A stretch of 64,000 bases of DNA from Microthyrium microscopicum (taxonomy: Eukaryota). The stretch is from assembly GCA_010405405.1 (NCBI GenBank), contig MU004239.1, positions 682,001 to 746,000 on the forward strand. The letters are read 5' to 3'. How positions within the stretch are numbered: position 1 is the first letter of the stretch; every line of letters starts with the position of its first letter. The position numbers and the translations under genes were made by a program. This document shows positions 26,032 to 37,959 of the stretch, piece by piece. A model generated the notes under the pieces. It saw only the letters and a program-made list of their open reading frames with translations. It was not told where the DNA came from and ran no database searches.

Positions 26032-27764
26032 CAACTTTACAGCACCAGCCTGTCATCCAAGAGGAAAGTCAAGGACAAAAATAACACTACGGAGGAATAA
26101 GTGGTTGCATGAAGCATAATTCAGCATACACCAATCAACATTCATGTTTCATGTGTCCAGCGGCCTCTTCAGATCTGTAACCGCAAACACGATCTTTCAG
26201 TCTCAGCTAGATGGATATTGGATATTGTTGGTAGTTTGGGTTGGTGGTTGGTTCTATTGGCTCAGCTGTATCGATATACCGATGACTGGTAGTACAAGAG
26301 AGAACAATTGGAGTCAGGACAGCAGAATATGCGGTGAACAGGGTGAGATAGGAATCAATCTGGCAGAGGCTATATTTCAATGGGTTTTCTATGGTGACTT
26401 GCTTCCAGCTAGGTGTGGCTTGAATATAATCTTTCGAGATCTGACATGCCAGATATCAGCTCCTGGCAGCGTGCTCAATGTCATCTGCACAGAGCCAACA
26501 GCTCAATCGATCCAATTGATGTCGTCAGAGACGGTCCAGTTCCCGTCTTTTCAGAAAACCATTGAATCTCGACTCTTCAATCGCACGCCTTACCCGCCTC
26601 ATCCCGTAACTACTGCACAACGATGTCAGAGAGGAGCTGAGAGAGGACCAGCGAATTGGAACCAAGAGCTCAACAACTCACAATGATAGACTTTCAGCCC
26701 TACGCATTGTCGATCACGAAAAACCCTTAGGTACAATCGAAAACGTGGAAAGATTCAAGGAAAAAAGGCGGTCTGATAATAATCGGGGGACAAGTTTCCG
26801 TGGCGCTCATGCAGCACCGCCCGCCGTGGCAGTGCAGATCTGATTTCCTTTACCGTGAACACCACATTGGTTCCTTTCCCGTCTTCAACACTGCGTGCTG
26901 CATTTAACGTGCATTAGCTCAACCTGTTCAACCATTTTCGTGCTTTGTTTCGTGCTCGTTTGGCGGTCTCTGCTGTTTTAAAGCCACTCCAGATGTGGCT
27001 AGAGACCGAAGCCGGCTCCAGGAATAAGTGGCAGGAAGAAAAGCTCAGAGGCAGGCTTCACACTGCTTTACTCTTACTGATTGGCAGCATATCCAGCCTT
27101 AAAATTCTAGGCATGCAATGCAATTGCTTTCAACTCCTTGTCCCTGCTGTTGAAGTAGCTGCTGTGCTAGTTGATAGGCCGTTGGCGCTGTGAAGCTGAA
27201 GCTGCCTTCTCAGACGCAAACTCCACACTTTGTGCTCCAAGCACTAAAGCTCTCTTCCCGCTTTCCCAGCCAGGACGTCGGTGTGCACTACATCAAAAGC
27301 AATAGTAGTCTTTTGCACTGCCAAACGAATTAGGCCAAGTGTATGGCTACCCGTCTTGCTTGCACGATTGTATCTTTGTCGAGAATAGTGGACCGTCAGC
27401 TGGTCTGTCCCCATCAGCTATGCAGCACTTACTCGACTATCCATCGTGCAACCCATCGCTTTTCTCCGAGTCTGCTACACTGAGCGGGATCATAAGGCTA
27501 CACTTTGACCATCTTGTCAAAATGAGGTAAGATATAAGGTGCAAGGTAGGCTCACCTTCGTAATGCTTCTATCACCACTCACAATCAATACACACTCTTT
27601 CCGACTTTTCCGCTTCACTCTGTCTCTTTCACTACTTGCAATATACCTCATTGGGGCAGTCCTTTCCAACCTCTATCTTCGACTCATTCTTTAGCTCTGG
27701 GAGCATTATCATACGTCTGCATTCAAATCCGCGCTCACTACGACTTTCATATCTCATTATCATC

Positions 27765-27911
27765 ATGTGTATACGCGTCATTGAAGTTTACGCCGTGTGC
27801 GGATGTATTTACCATGTACACAGCGTTGACGCTTGTGCTGCCGTTGGACAACACGCCGTTACAGATAAGAAAGTTCAAGTCGGCTATCTTTGCGACAGAC
27901 ATGGCGCTTGA
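27765..27911 (+). CDS. Small Cys/His protein (48 aa), putative metal-binding microprotein
   Basis: MCIRVIEVYAVCGCIYHVHSVDACAAVGQHAVTDKKVQVGYLCDRHGA*, with a good start context (ATCATG). It resembles a small fungal 'MC..V.E.Y..C.C.Y..H..D.C...GY.C..H' family, recalled rather than searched. Confidence 0.7.
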   Translation: MCIRVIEVYAVCGCIYHVHSVDACAAVGQHAVTDKKVQVGYLCDRHGA

Positions 27912-28485
27912 AACAGATCAGATCTCCAAGCAAAATCTAGTCACGAATGGCCTGGACTCAACAACGACACTCCTGGCCTTCATTTCATATTTCTCAAAGT
28001 CCCATATCAAAAACTATCTACCAGCCTCTCTGCCAGATTCGCAGAATGAACAGCGATTGTTTCGGATATTTATCTCTCTACTTCTCGGAGCGCATGCGCT
28101 CTTACCTGGACACATCCAATTTTCCTATCGAACGGCGTTCAATCCTTGAAGGATCACAAACTTATGCCGGGATTGATAGAGACTCACGAGCAACGACCGG
28201 GCATAACAAAGAAGCATGATGAACAACAACATGGGGATGAGGATCTCAGAACGATTACTGAACACCGACGGGTAACCCGGGTATCTATCTGTATGTAATT
28301 TTAACTTCTACTTTAGCAATTTCTACGATTCAGCGAGATGGTTGATCCACTTGCTGTTAGAAATCCTTCTACGAAATGGTAAATCCGGTTTACTATATCA
28401 AACCTGCTATCTTTGGTATGACATGAGATTTCGGTGCCCCAAACAGACACAATAATGTCGGAACTCAACCAAGAAGAGGAGTCTT

Positions 28486-30018
28486 TTACCGTCTCAAATC
28501 CTTCAATTTTACCATAATGATCGACCTCTCCCAAACCATGAAAGCCGTCTTGTACATCAAATCGCCCTTTGGATTCCACAACGGTGCCCCATCCACAGAA
28601 AGAACATCGAAGTTCCAAAACAGCCTTGCAATCATCACCCGCATCTCCATGTACGCCAAATTCCGTCCAATACAGTTCCTTGGTCCGACAGAGAATGGCT
28701 GTACTGCTTTTTTGTTATCACTATCAAATTCCGCATCAATCCACCGCTCTGGCAAGAACTCATCGGGCCGCTTGAAATTTGCTGGATCATGACAAGACGA
28801 CCACTGACCTACAGATACCGTGGTTCCACCCGGCACCCAGATTCCGTCCACGGTATCTCCACCTGGAGGAACAGCACGTGGCGGCCCAGCTGGTACAGGT
28901 GGATGAACACGCAGGATCTCCTCGATACACGCGTTCAGATACGTCATTCCATTCAAGGCCTTGAACGTGATCGAGTCCTCCGTAGGAAAGGCCTCCCGGA
29001 TTTCCGTCACCAACTTCTGATAACAGCTTGGATTCCAGACCAACCTTGCGATAAGCCCAGCCAACGCACTAGCAGTCGTCTCACTACCCGCCGTAATAAA
29101 CAGCCCTGAATTCGCAATAATCTCATCAGTCTTGAGCTCATACTTCTCGTTCTGTCGCAGTATATACCAGATGAAATCACGATGTTTGGTCTCCTGTCCC
29201 CTTTCCAGTCTCGCCAGCACTTTGCGTCGTGTATGCTCAACATGGTATGCGCCGCCCTTGCCCAAATCCTTGATGCAGAATTGGAGTGCGCGCTGGAGTA
29301 CTGTGTTGACGCCTGCGATGCGGCGCGTAGCTTGGATGCGTGCGCCATCTTGCACGGCGTAGAAAAGCATGTGTACCCATTCCTGGTACGTCCCGTTGTC
29401 GAGACAGCCAAATGGTTCGCCAAAGGCGAGATCGCCCATGGTATCGAAGGTGAAGTAATTGAACCAATCGCAGATATTGAACGTTTCTTGCGATGTTGCG
29501 AGACGGCGGAGGTTGAAGATTACTTTGTCCATGTAGTCCTTGACGATTGGTTCCTGTTCCATGAGAGCGTGCTGGGAGAATGAGTGAGATAGGGCCTTGC
29601 GCTGGCGAGCGTGATCTGCATCGCTATCCACGTATTGCAAAGTTGTGGTGCTGCCGACTTTGACGGGCCCGGTGTGAAGGGGTGATTTCTTCATGTTTTG
29701 GTGGCCAGGTCGGAATCCATAGATGTCCTGCGTTGCTTGGGCGGAACTGAATACCAGCTCATTGGGAGATAGGCGGAAGACGGGGCCATATTTCTCATGG
29801 TGGATTTTGTTGTCGAAGGGAAATCGACCGCGGAGCAGAGATAGAGCTGCTGGGAGAGCAGATATGGAGTTCAAGAATGGACCAGGGTATTTGGCGAGAG
29901 GGTGGAAGAACACTCTGTAGATAAGGGTGCCGACTTGCTGGAGGATGACGATGCCCGCGACTACGACAGCTAGCGAGCCATACGATAGGCCCCCAGAATC
30001 ATTCCTAAGGAACTCCAT
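28486..30018 (-). CDS. Cytochrome P450 (CYP65/Tri11-like), intronless
   Basis: N-terminal TM then FFHPLAKYPGP, AGSETT (I-helix), EEILR (ExxR), PERW and the heme motif FSVGPRNCIG. The start is taken at MEFLRN (30018). Confidence 0.95.
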   Translation of the reverse strand: MEFLRNDSGGLSYGSLAVVVAGIVILQQVGTLIYRVFFHPLAKYPGPFLNSISALPAALSLLRGRFPFDNKIHHEKYGPVFRLSPNELVFSSAQATQDIYGFRPGHQNMKKSPLHTGPVKVGSTTTLQYVDSDADHARQRKALSHSFSQHALMEQEPIVKDYMDKVIFNLRRLATSQETFNICDWFNYFTFDTMGDLAFGEPFGCLDNGTYQEWVHMLFYAVQDGARIQATRRIAGVNTVLQRALQFCIKDLGKGGAYHVEHTRRKVLARLERGQETKHRDFIWYILRQNEKYELKTDEIIANSGLFITAGSETTASALAGLIARLVWNPSCYQKLVTEIREAFPTEDSITFKALNGMTYLNACIEEILRVHPPVPAGPPRAVPPGGDTVDGIWVPGGTTVSVGQWSSCHDPANFKRPDEFLPERWIDAEFDSDNKKAVQPFSVGPRNCIGRNLAYMEMRVMIARLFWNFDVLSVDGAPLWNPKGDLMYKTAFMVWERSIIMVKLKDLRR

Positions 30019-30938
30019 GCTCGAATCTAAGGTTTGACAATAAGGAATAGTTTGAGTTCTGATTGCGGTATATGCACAATATAGTGGACTTTGCGGGGAA
30101 GTTATAGCTTGTATAAGATGGTTCACGATCCGGGAAACTTGACCCGAAAGATGCAGGTGGTCATTACTCGCTATGGCTGCTAAACAGCAATCAGACTCGC
30201 GTGGCTTGCATCTCCTACTACCTGACGTTGACTAGTCCAATCATTGATAAGTTCGTTCTCGATTTTCGATGCCGTGGGAGCCGATAGTATCTCTTAGGTG
30301 TCACAAGAATAGGCTGGGTTGGCAATTCGGGAACATGGAGATGAACTGAGAGTTTAAGGAAGTTGTGAACAGAAATGGAAAATTTTATCAACAATCAGCT
30401 TGTTATAGTATTCTTGAACTGTGTTCCCAACCTTCAATAGATATTTCCGGAATTTGCTTAATGTTGACGAATCAATTCGCTCAATGTGCAATTCAGCCTG
30501 ATGAGTGATATGTACCTCAGCCTTATTCACGAGCTCCATCTTCCAGATGACTTACATCCCTTCTAGATCGCTCGATATGTGGTGGCACCATATGTGATAG
30601 AACAACACATTATCTGTTCGTGGTTCAGGTTTCGCTTTATATTCTACTTTATCCTGGAATGAAAAGCTAGAAAATTTGACAGTACCAGCCACCAGATTGT
30701 AACTGGATGCCTATTTCTTGATTGTGGTCAATATCTCTATCTCGTCGTTAGACAGGAAGCTTCTGCCACTTCGGGTCTGGTGAAATGTGATTGGTCTTCC
30801 AAGTACCTTCATGCATAAGGCGCCGACTCGCCTCTGCATTATGCAGCGAGTTGATGCGGCTGATGGTGGGGTATAGAGGTTTTGCACTTTGTCTGCAATC
30901 GATTTGTGATTGCTGAAGTTCGAACGACTATCTCCATC

Positions 30939-33555
30939 ATGTCAAGTGGGCCAGATATCACCAGCGAGTCTCCTCGCAGCAATGAGGATGACCTGTATTC
31001 GAGGGACGCTCCAGACAACAGAGCTACCGCACATGCCCCTGCCGAACCGCAAGCTGTCGACAATCTCGCAGATTTTATGATCAGCCAACATGGCATACAT
31101 TCATCGGTTCACGATAATGCAGCGCGCCATGCCCAGCTCAAAGCGAAGCTACTCGCAAATACTGCACCAACAAATCCTTTGTACGTCGACCAACTTGGTA
31201 CCAACGGATTGTCTCCATTGCATATCGCGATAAAACACCGACGAATGGGTTGCATCGAACTACTGTTGGCACATGGTGCCAGTATGTATGTCCGCGCGAC
31301 GGGACATGATAATGTAACAGCTCTGCAATGGATCTGGGATTTTGCGCAATCCCAACAGAGTATTTACCGGAAGCACTACTTGTATGATGTCGTCCAATTT
31401 GGCGTGTTTGTAACCAAGTTTCCCAGTGAGAAGCTTTGGATAACTTCTAATCCAGAGGTTAAGGACATACCGGGCCGCGAGGATGAGAGCTCATATCGCA
31501 CGACTGTAAGCCAGCTGGAAGACGATACATTTGCCAAGTACATAAAACCATCGGGCCATATTCGTGAACGTTTGACCTGGATTCATGTCTCCTCAGGCAA
31601 TGTAAGTGAGCTCACAGAGTATAAAGATGGTGCACAAATGATGACCAAGGGCTGACCATTTTAGGGCATAATACTCGCAGTGAGCAATGAGAACAGTGCC
31701 TATGTTACGTGTGGCGTCTAGCTGACGAACGCCAGAAAGTATCAAGAGTCGTAACAGCCGCACTGAAAGACCGATTATTGAATCCGAACGATATGCCAGA
31801 CATTTTCTGTCGCGGGCCAGAAGTATCCACTACTATACCTGGGGACCCATTGTTGAGATACAAAGAACCCGTTTATCTACGGTATGACATGAAGTCCAAA
31901 CCTCCTCTCACGAGCCGTGGAATGAAATATAGTGTTATCGTAGTAAGAACCGCGTTATGCACATCATGCTCTCAGCGAACTGAATTTTGACAGTTTCCAT
32001 GCTTGGTTCTTGGAACCGTTCAGGAGAACGAAAAGAGCCGACGGAAGGCAGAGGCGATGAGTGACTCCCCGTTATCGATACCCGGCAGACCCAGCTTCAA
32101 AACCTTTATCCAGATGGAAAGAACGTTGGATGAGGCCTATTACCCGGGCCTTGGGAGAGAAATCTTGAAGTTGAGAAACAAAGACCAAGTCGTGACAAGA
32201 TCGGTGAAGTCTCAGATGTTGAGAGAACGAGGGCAAGAAACAATCAAATTATCACCTATTGTTTTGGTTCCACAGCTGTGGCTTTGGAGACTAGACGATA
32301 TTGTGGTTTCCGCCTTCCCCGAGAGGGAAAACATATCACTCTGGCATACAGAAGCTCCAAGGAGCTTGTATATGAATCCCGTTGTAGAAACTGTGTCGCC
32401 CGACCTACAATTGGGACTGATCATTGCATATCACGTCGAAGAATTCGCCAATGGATACCAGAACTTGAATGTCACGTTCCCTCCTGTTCTGAACATATTT
32501 GAGACGGAGGTAGTGTCGATTTTATCTGAAGTCGACAACTACATGAGAGTATCAAAATCGTCATTGCCGAACATTGAAGTAGAATCCGGTTTCATGCACG
32601 ACATATCAGACATTCGAGATGAACTGGCCATGATACAAGATGTCCTCAGTCAACAAGAAGATGTGCTAGCAGACCTGGTAGATGACGCGGACCCAACCAG
32701 GAATATTACGTCAGAAGAAATGTTTTGCAAGCTCATGGCCGACGGCAATGTCGATAAAGAGCATTCTCCTTCAAGTGCCCAATTCGATCAAGAAGCGGCA
32801 CTCTGGGAGAGAGTCCATCATGCTCAAAAGAGCTTGGTGCAATACCGTAAGCGAATCGAAAAGATTGATCGAGATGCTGAAAGATTGCAGCAGCTAGTTC
32901 AGAGCAAACTGGATCTAAAAAGAACCTTTGCCAGTATGCAGCAAGCCGAAACTAGTATACAAGAGGCGCGTGATAGTAAACTCCTCTCTCTGGTAGTAAT
33001 TGGTTTCACTATCGTCACTATCATTTTCACCCCTCTTTCTTTCATGGTCGGGCTTTTCGCTTTGGACATTGATCAGCTCAGTGGATTGAAGCGTTCGGAT
33101 GAAGGGGGTACTGACGTTTACTCGGGCTCAACATTGGCGGGAATATTCAGTAAGTTGGAACATCTGACACTTTCAACCAACGCCACGTTGATTCTAACAG
33201 TTTCGCAGTCGGAGTAGAGATCTTTACCCTCCTCTTTACTGTTGCCCTTGGATATGGCACCTTAGTCGGTGCAAGGATGTGGCTGAAAAGGTACGGCCAG
33301 CCCACAGGAAGTCCTGCACCAGCAGTAGACGAAGACGTGGCGAACGATGCGAATCCTCCAGATGACGACGTTGTTATTATTGGCACGGATGTCGGACCAG
33401 AAGAAGCACCTGCTAATGTCCCAAACGTGGCAGAACAGCAAGTAGCCACTGAAACTGCGGGAGCTGCAGAAGAGAGGTATACAGAGAAGTCATCTTTACG
33501 TCAACGACTCTTTGGGACGACGATAGGAAGGCACAAGCAGAACAATGCAGCTTGA
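30939..33555 (+). CDS. Ankyrin-repeat plus CorA-like Mg2+-transporter-domain protein (multi-exon)
   Basis: Ankyrin repeat GLSPLHIAIK...IELLLAHGA, then RTLDEAYYPGL...RNKDQVV, VPQLWLW, DIRDELAMI..VL..Q, and the CorA-like TM region GFTIVTIIFTPLSFMVGLFALD. Includes a 15-nt microexon at 31665-31679. Confidence 0.85.
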
Positions 33556-33607
33556 AGAAAGAAGCACAGCAAAAACTAGCCACCGCGATGTGCTGGATTT
33601 AGTCTCT

Positions 33608-34388
33608 TCAGCCGAATGCGTCCCCTCCAGGCTCGTCCAGAAGTCGACCTAGTGGTCCACATATAAGGGCTTGAGCGATTCTTGAATCATGGGCTGAATA
33701 TAAGTCTTCGTTTACGGACAGTTTGTTCCATGATACGTTGTTTAAGAATGACTTGTTTGTTGTACCGGGTGAATACTGTCCCTGACTCCCGGTCTCAACA
33801 TTCCAATCTTCAGGGGTTTGAGATAGTCCACCTGCTCTATCTCGCACAAGACTTATTTTGGTATGTAGCTTGAGAGCTGACGTGTATGTAAGAATCCTCT
33901 GGCGCAATAGAGGCAGCTCTTCTGATCTCCACGAAATCGTAAGATGTTTTTGAGCCTCTTCGAGTTCAGAAGTGCTCCGGACAATTTCTTGAAAGAGATT
34001 CTCCAGGCCCAAGACTGCTTTCAGTGAATTTACCAGAAGCGCATTCGGGTTTGTTGAGCTGAACCACTGTGCGGCTTGTGAAGACTGGTTCTCCAGCTCA
34101 GCTTCAGTGATAGCCAGTTGTGATTGAAAATCATTCAAATCAGCTGGTAGAAAGGCGCCGTCCTCATCAACGTCTTCGATAACCTCAAGTAAAGCACGGA
34201 TACTTGATATCTGAGTCCGTTAGTATCTCATCATTCCGCATAACCAGACGTTTTCGCGGTTTCGACGGGATCAGGACCTAGCTTTGGGCTGGCTCGGAAG
34301 ACCGATAAAAGATAATACTCACTCCTTCCCAGATCAGACTAATAGTTGTGGCTGAGGTGGATGTGCTCGCATCGCGGGCTAGATCCAT
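33608..34388 (-). CDS. HeLo-like (fungal STAND N-terminal-like) domain protein, paralogue A, 222 aa, C-terminus DEPGGDAFG
   Basis: Exon 1 34388-34323 (MDLARDASTSTSATTISLIWEG), intron 34322-34211 (GTGAGT..CTAAC..CAG), exon 2 34210-33608. Helical pattern ADLNDFQSQL...W....LPLLRQRILTYTSALKLHTKI. The family call is by pattern only. Confidence 0.75.
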
Positions 34389-34752
34389 CTCGGAAGGTCG
34401 TTGAGCGAGCCGTGTTTGGCACAAAGACCGTTGACAACAAGCTCCATTTTATAGATTTTATTCCGCCTGATTTCTTAATGTTAGGCAGCTTGCAAGGCAG
34501 ATGGAGAGGTTGACACGGATTTTTAGATGCACGTGAGGCCTCCGCAAATTAAGTCCAGAACCTATGGCGTATGGCGGAAGTGTTAAAAGCGGTTTGTATT
34601 CAGTACCGGTAGGTGGTTCGTAGATGAGACTTAAAGGCAGTCTTACTCGGCTCATTTGATTCGAACTGCAACTTGACCACCATTACATAAGGCTTAGGAC
34701 CAAAAATGTCTCGCTATGCGGCTCCTTCGCCGCACGGGGTTGAGCAATCGCT

Positions 34753-35556
34753 TTACCCAAATGCGTCACCTCCAGGCTCGTCTGTAACCCGGCCTGCTGT
34801 CCTGGCTGGCATGTTGCCGTAGACTTCCTCAATAGAAACTTCTTTACCGGCGATATTGACTGAGCGTGCTTCGCTTGTCGTATTGTTTGCAAGCCGCATT
34901 TGCTTTCCTCTCGGACGTGTCCACTTTCCAACGTTTTCTGTGATTTCATCTGAAGTACCCTTGATGAGGCGTATTTTGATGCGCATTTTAAGAGCCGATA
35001 GGTCCATGATTAGCTGTCCGCGCAGGATACCGAGCATTCCTGGTATCCATGACGGTGACCCCCCGAAATAAGTTGCAGTTTGATCAACAGTAAACGCGCT
35101 CCCCTTGGTTTCTCGGATCTCTTGCTCAAGGCCCAGTATTGTCCCTGGCGAGTTGGTTAGAAGACCATCCATCTTCAATGTGTTGAAGCACCACGCGCAC
35201 TGTGCATCTTGTACAGAGCGAGTTTTTAGCTCGATTTCCACAGTTGCAAGCTGCGATCGGAATGTGTCCAGATCTGCTGCTAGAGCGTCGGTGGTTTCAT
35301 CGGAATCTCTGAAGCCCGGGAGTAGTACGTGAACAGCTGATTCCTGATCATGTTAGACTTTCTATATCTCGTATATACCAACAGCTTCGTTTTTTGACAA
35401 GCCGTCCTAATTGAGCCTACAGGACTGACTGAGCGCTTGCGGCTTCCAGCTAGAGATCAAGAAATAGAGAGAACTTACTCCTTCCCATAGCAGCTCGATA
35501 AGGACAGCCGAACTTGATGTAGCCTCAACCTCTTCAGTCATGAAGGATGAATTCAT
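34753..35556 (-). CDS. HeLo-like domain protein, paralogue B, 217-222 aa, C-terminus DEPGGDAFG
   Basis: Exon 1 (ATG 35556 or 35541) to 35479 ends ...IELLWEG. Intron 35478-35344 (GTAAGT..CTAAC..CAG), exon 2 35343-34753. Collinear with paralogue A (ADLDTFRSQL, LL.NS...LGLE, SW....L..LR.....SALK...KI). Confidence 0.75.
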
Positions 35557-36032
35557 CTTAGCAGATTGCTGTACCAGCCGGTCCTGGCACACTGAATTCT
35601 GCTAATGCTCCCCATCTTATAGGTCTTATCAACTTGATCTGCCTTGCTCCTTTGATGAGGCTGTTGTCCACTCGTGACAAGGCAGATGTTGAGGCAGACA
35701 AGGCACGTCAGCCAATTGATAGATGAAGTTGGAGATGCATGCCAAGCCTCGCCCGATTCAAGTCCAAGCTCTGCTATTGATAGACAACTCTAACAAACAA
35801 CACCATTCTATCTCGTCACTGTTATCGTAACTTCAATCGCAACTGTTCTTGAATCATTTAGCAACACTGCATCAGTCAGCCTGTACGGCCAGTCATCTAA
35901 AACGACTCGCCGCCCAGACAACCACCACATACCTGTTGAACACAAGCTCCACCCCTCTCCACTTGAACCAAACACCAATCACCATCGGACAGCTTGCTGT
36001 ACATTATATTCGACTGCCAAACGACCGCAATT

Positions 36033-37531
36033 ATGGCACCCAAAGCGCTTACCGACGATGAACTCCTAGCCCAACTCCAAGGCCTCAACACCAACGACAG
36101 CAGCACCCCCAAAGCAACCAAACCAAAGCCAAACCCCTCTTCCGCCGCCGACCCTCTGGCCGCTCTCGAATCGCTCGCAGCTGCGAAACCTCTATCCCGT
36201 CCCAACACCCCCAAACTCGCCGGTGCATCTCGCCGCTCTGGTACAACCACCACCACCAATTCCACTGGCGATGCGGCGCATACGCCAACCAGCAGCGCCC
36301 GCAACAGCGAAGATCGCACACGTTCTGCAGCCCGACGCAGCGCAGAGAGCTCTACGCCACTCGCACATGAGTTGACGCCGACGAGCGAGGATGAGGTGCG
36401 GGAAGAGGAGCAGCAGAGCGGAGGAGGAGGGTGGTGGGGTGGACTGATGAGTGCGGCGAGCGCGGCGAGGAAACAGGCGGAGGCGGCAGTCAAGGAGATT
36501 CAGCGGAACGAGGAGGCGCAGAAGTGGGCGGAGCAGGTTCGTGGAGGGGCGGGAATGTTGACGAGTATTGGTATGTTGAAGACACAAACAGCTGAGAGTG
36601 GGAAAGCTAATGGAGTATGGTAGGAGGCGAGCTACGATCACGAGCACTGCCGACGTTCACGACGCTACTACATACAATTGCGCCGCCAATTTCACAGCAC
36701 GAACGGTTGCAGATCCACATAACGCATGATTTTGTTGGCTACCCAGCATTAGATCCGACTATCTATAATATCTTCAGCCGGGTCATGAACCAAGTCGAAG
36801 GTGGTGACCTGCTCGTCATCCAGCGCGGATCCGAGTCGCGAGGCCCAAGCGGTTCTTCAAACGCCGGCTGGAACGACGGGCCTTGGTGGCGTGATGGACA
36901 GAAGAAGCGCGATCTGGGAATTATCAATGGCTTATCTGAGGGCACCAAGTTGACGCGCGTAAATGCCGAGGCCTACGCACAAGAATACTTCTCCTCTCGC
37001 GGCGGATTGGAAAACGCGCACAAGCAGGCGACCGAGATTCCCAACGAGGACAATCCAGTGCGCAGCAGTGATATATTCATCGCGATCCAGGCGATTGCCG
37101 TTGAAGACGACAACACTTTGTTCCAGGTAGCTACAGCTGAAGAGAAAGATACGAGCGGTATGGTTGAGGATAAGGCGGATGAGCGCGTTTGCTTTGCTAT
37201 CTATCTGCATGATCCCGTGCACGGCATTACGTTCAGTACGGTCACCCAGTCCTTCCCTCGTAAGTGGGCCGAGTGGCTGGATGCTGAGCAGGATGTTGCT
37301 AGCGAAACGCAGTTGCCTGCTGAGATTTCTGAGATCGTGATGAATGGTGGCATTGATCCACGAGAGTGGGTGAGTGAGTGGGTAGAAGAGGCTATTGGCC
37401 TGGGTGTCGGCATCATCGCGCAGCGATATGTTGCGAAGCGCATGGGCGTGGGTGAGGGTGGTATTGGAAAGGGTAAAGCTCGACAAGCAGCTGTCGAGTC
37501 GGGCGCTGGCGAGCTCGCGCGAGCGATGTAA
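36033..37531 (+). CDS. MTC1: Maintenance of telomere capping protein 1 homologue
   Basis: GGWWGG..SAAS.A.KQAEAAVKEIQ.NEEA.KWAEQVRG | ELRSRALPTFT.LLHTIAPPISQHERLQIHITHD...VEGGDL...DPREWV.EW.E...QRYVA.RMGVGEGG. One intron at ~36571-36623. Confidence 0.88.
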
Positions 37532-37639
37532 TATTGATGTTGGGTAACAGTCCTTGTATGGAGTATGGATGGGCGTTGAGCCTTTTTCTTTACGAAGCAA
37601 ATATATGCTAAGTAGTCATGATTTCGTGAATGTAATTGT

Positions 37640-37959
37640 TCATTTCGTTCCCTTCTTCTTCGCGTCCCTTCCACCTGCACGATCTTTCTTGCCACCTTTG
37701 AGAATTTCGAGATGGCCAGCTTTCTCCGCCAGATTCTTCTCCGTCAAAGCGGTGAGGCCAGATGTGTTTCTCTTTAGCATTTTACTTTTGCTGATTAGCT
37801 TGGCTTTCTTTGGTTTGATCACTTTTGCGCCTGGTCGTGGGCCAGAATTTTTAGATCTGGAGGAGTTAGTCTTGTGCTAATGGGGAATGTGTCTGATCTA
37901 TACCTCTTGCCCTTTGCGAGAGCGGGATTGCTCGACTTTTTAATTGCGCCTTGAGCCAT
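37640..37959 (-). CDS. UPF0390/DUF2462 small basic protein (Leydig cell tumor 10 kDa protein homologue)
   Basis: MAQGAIKK...|...GAKVIKPKKAKL...SGLTALTEKNLAEKAGHLEILKGGKK; one intron. Confidence 0.85.

Noticed and set aside
30131..30146. CGG-N10-CCG Zn2Cys6-type site upstream of the P450
   Set aside because: A single short motif is expected by chance and has no supporting evidence.
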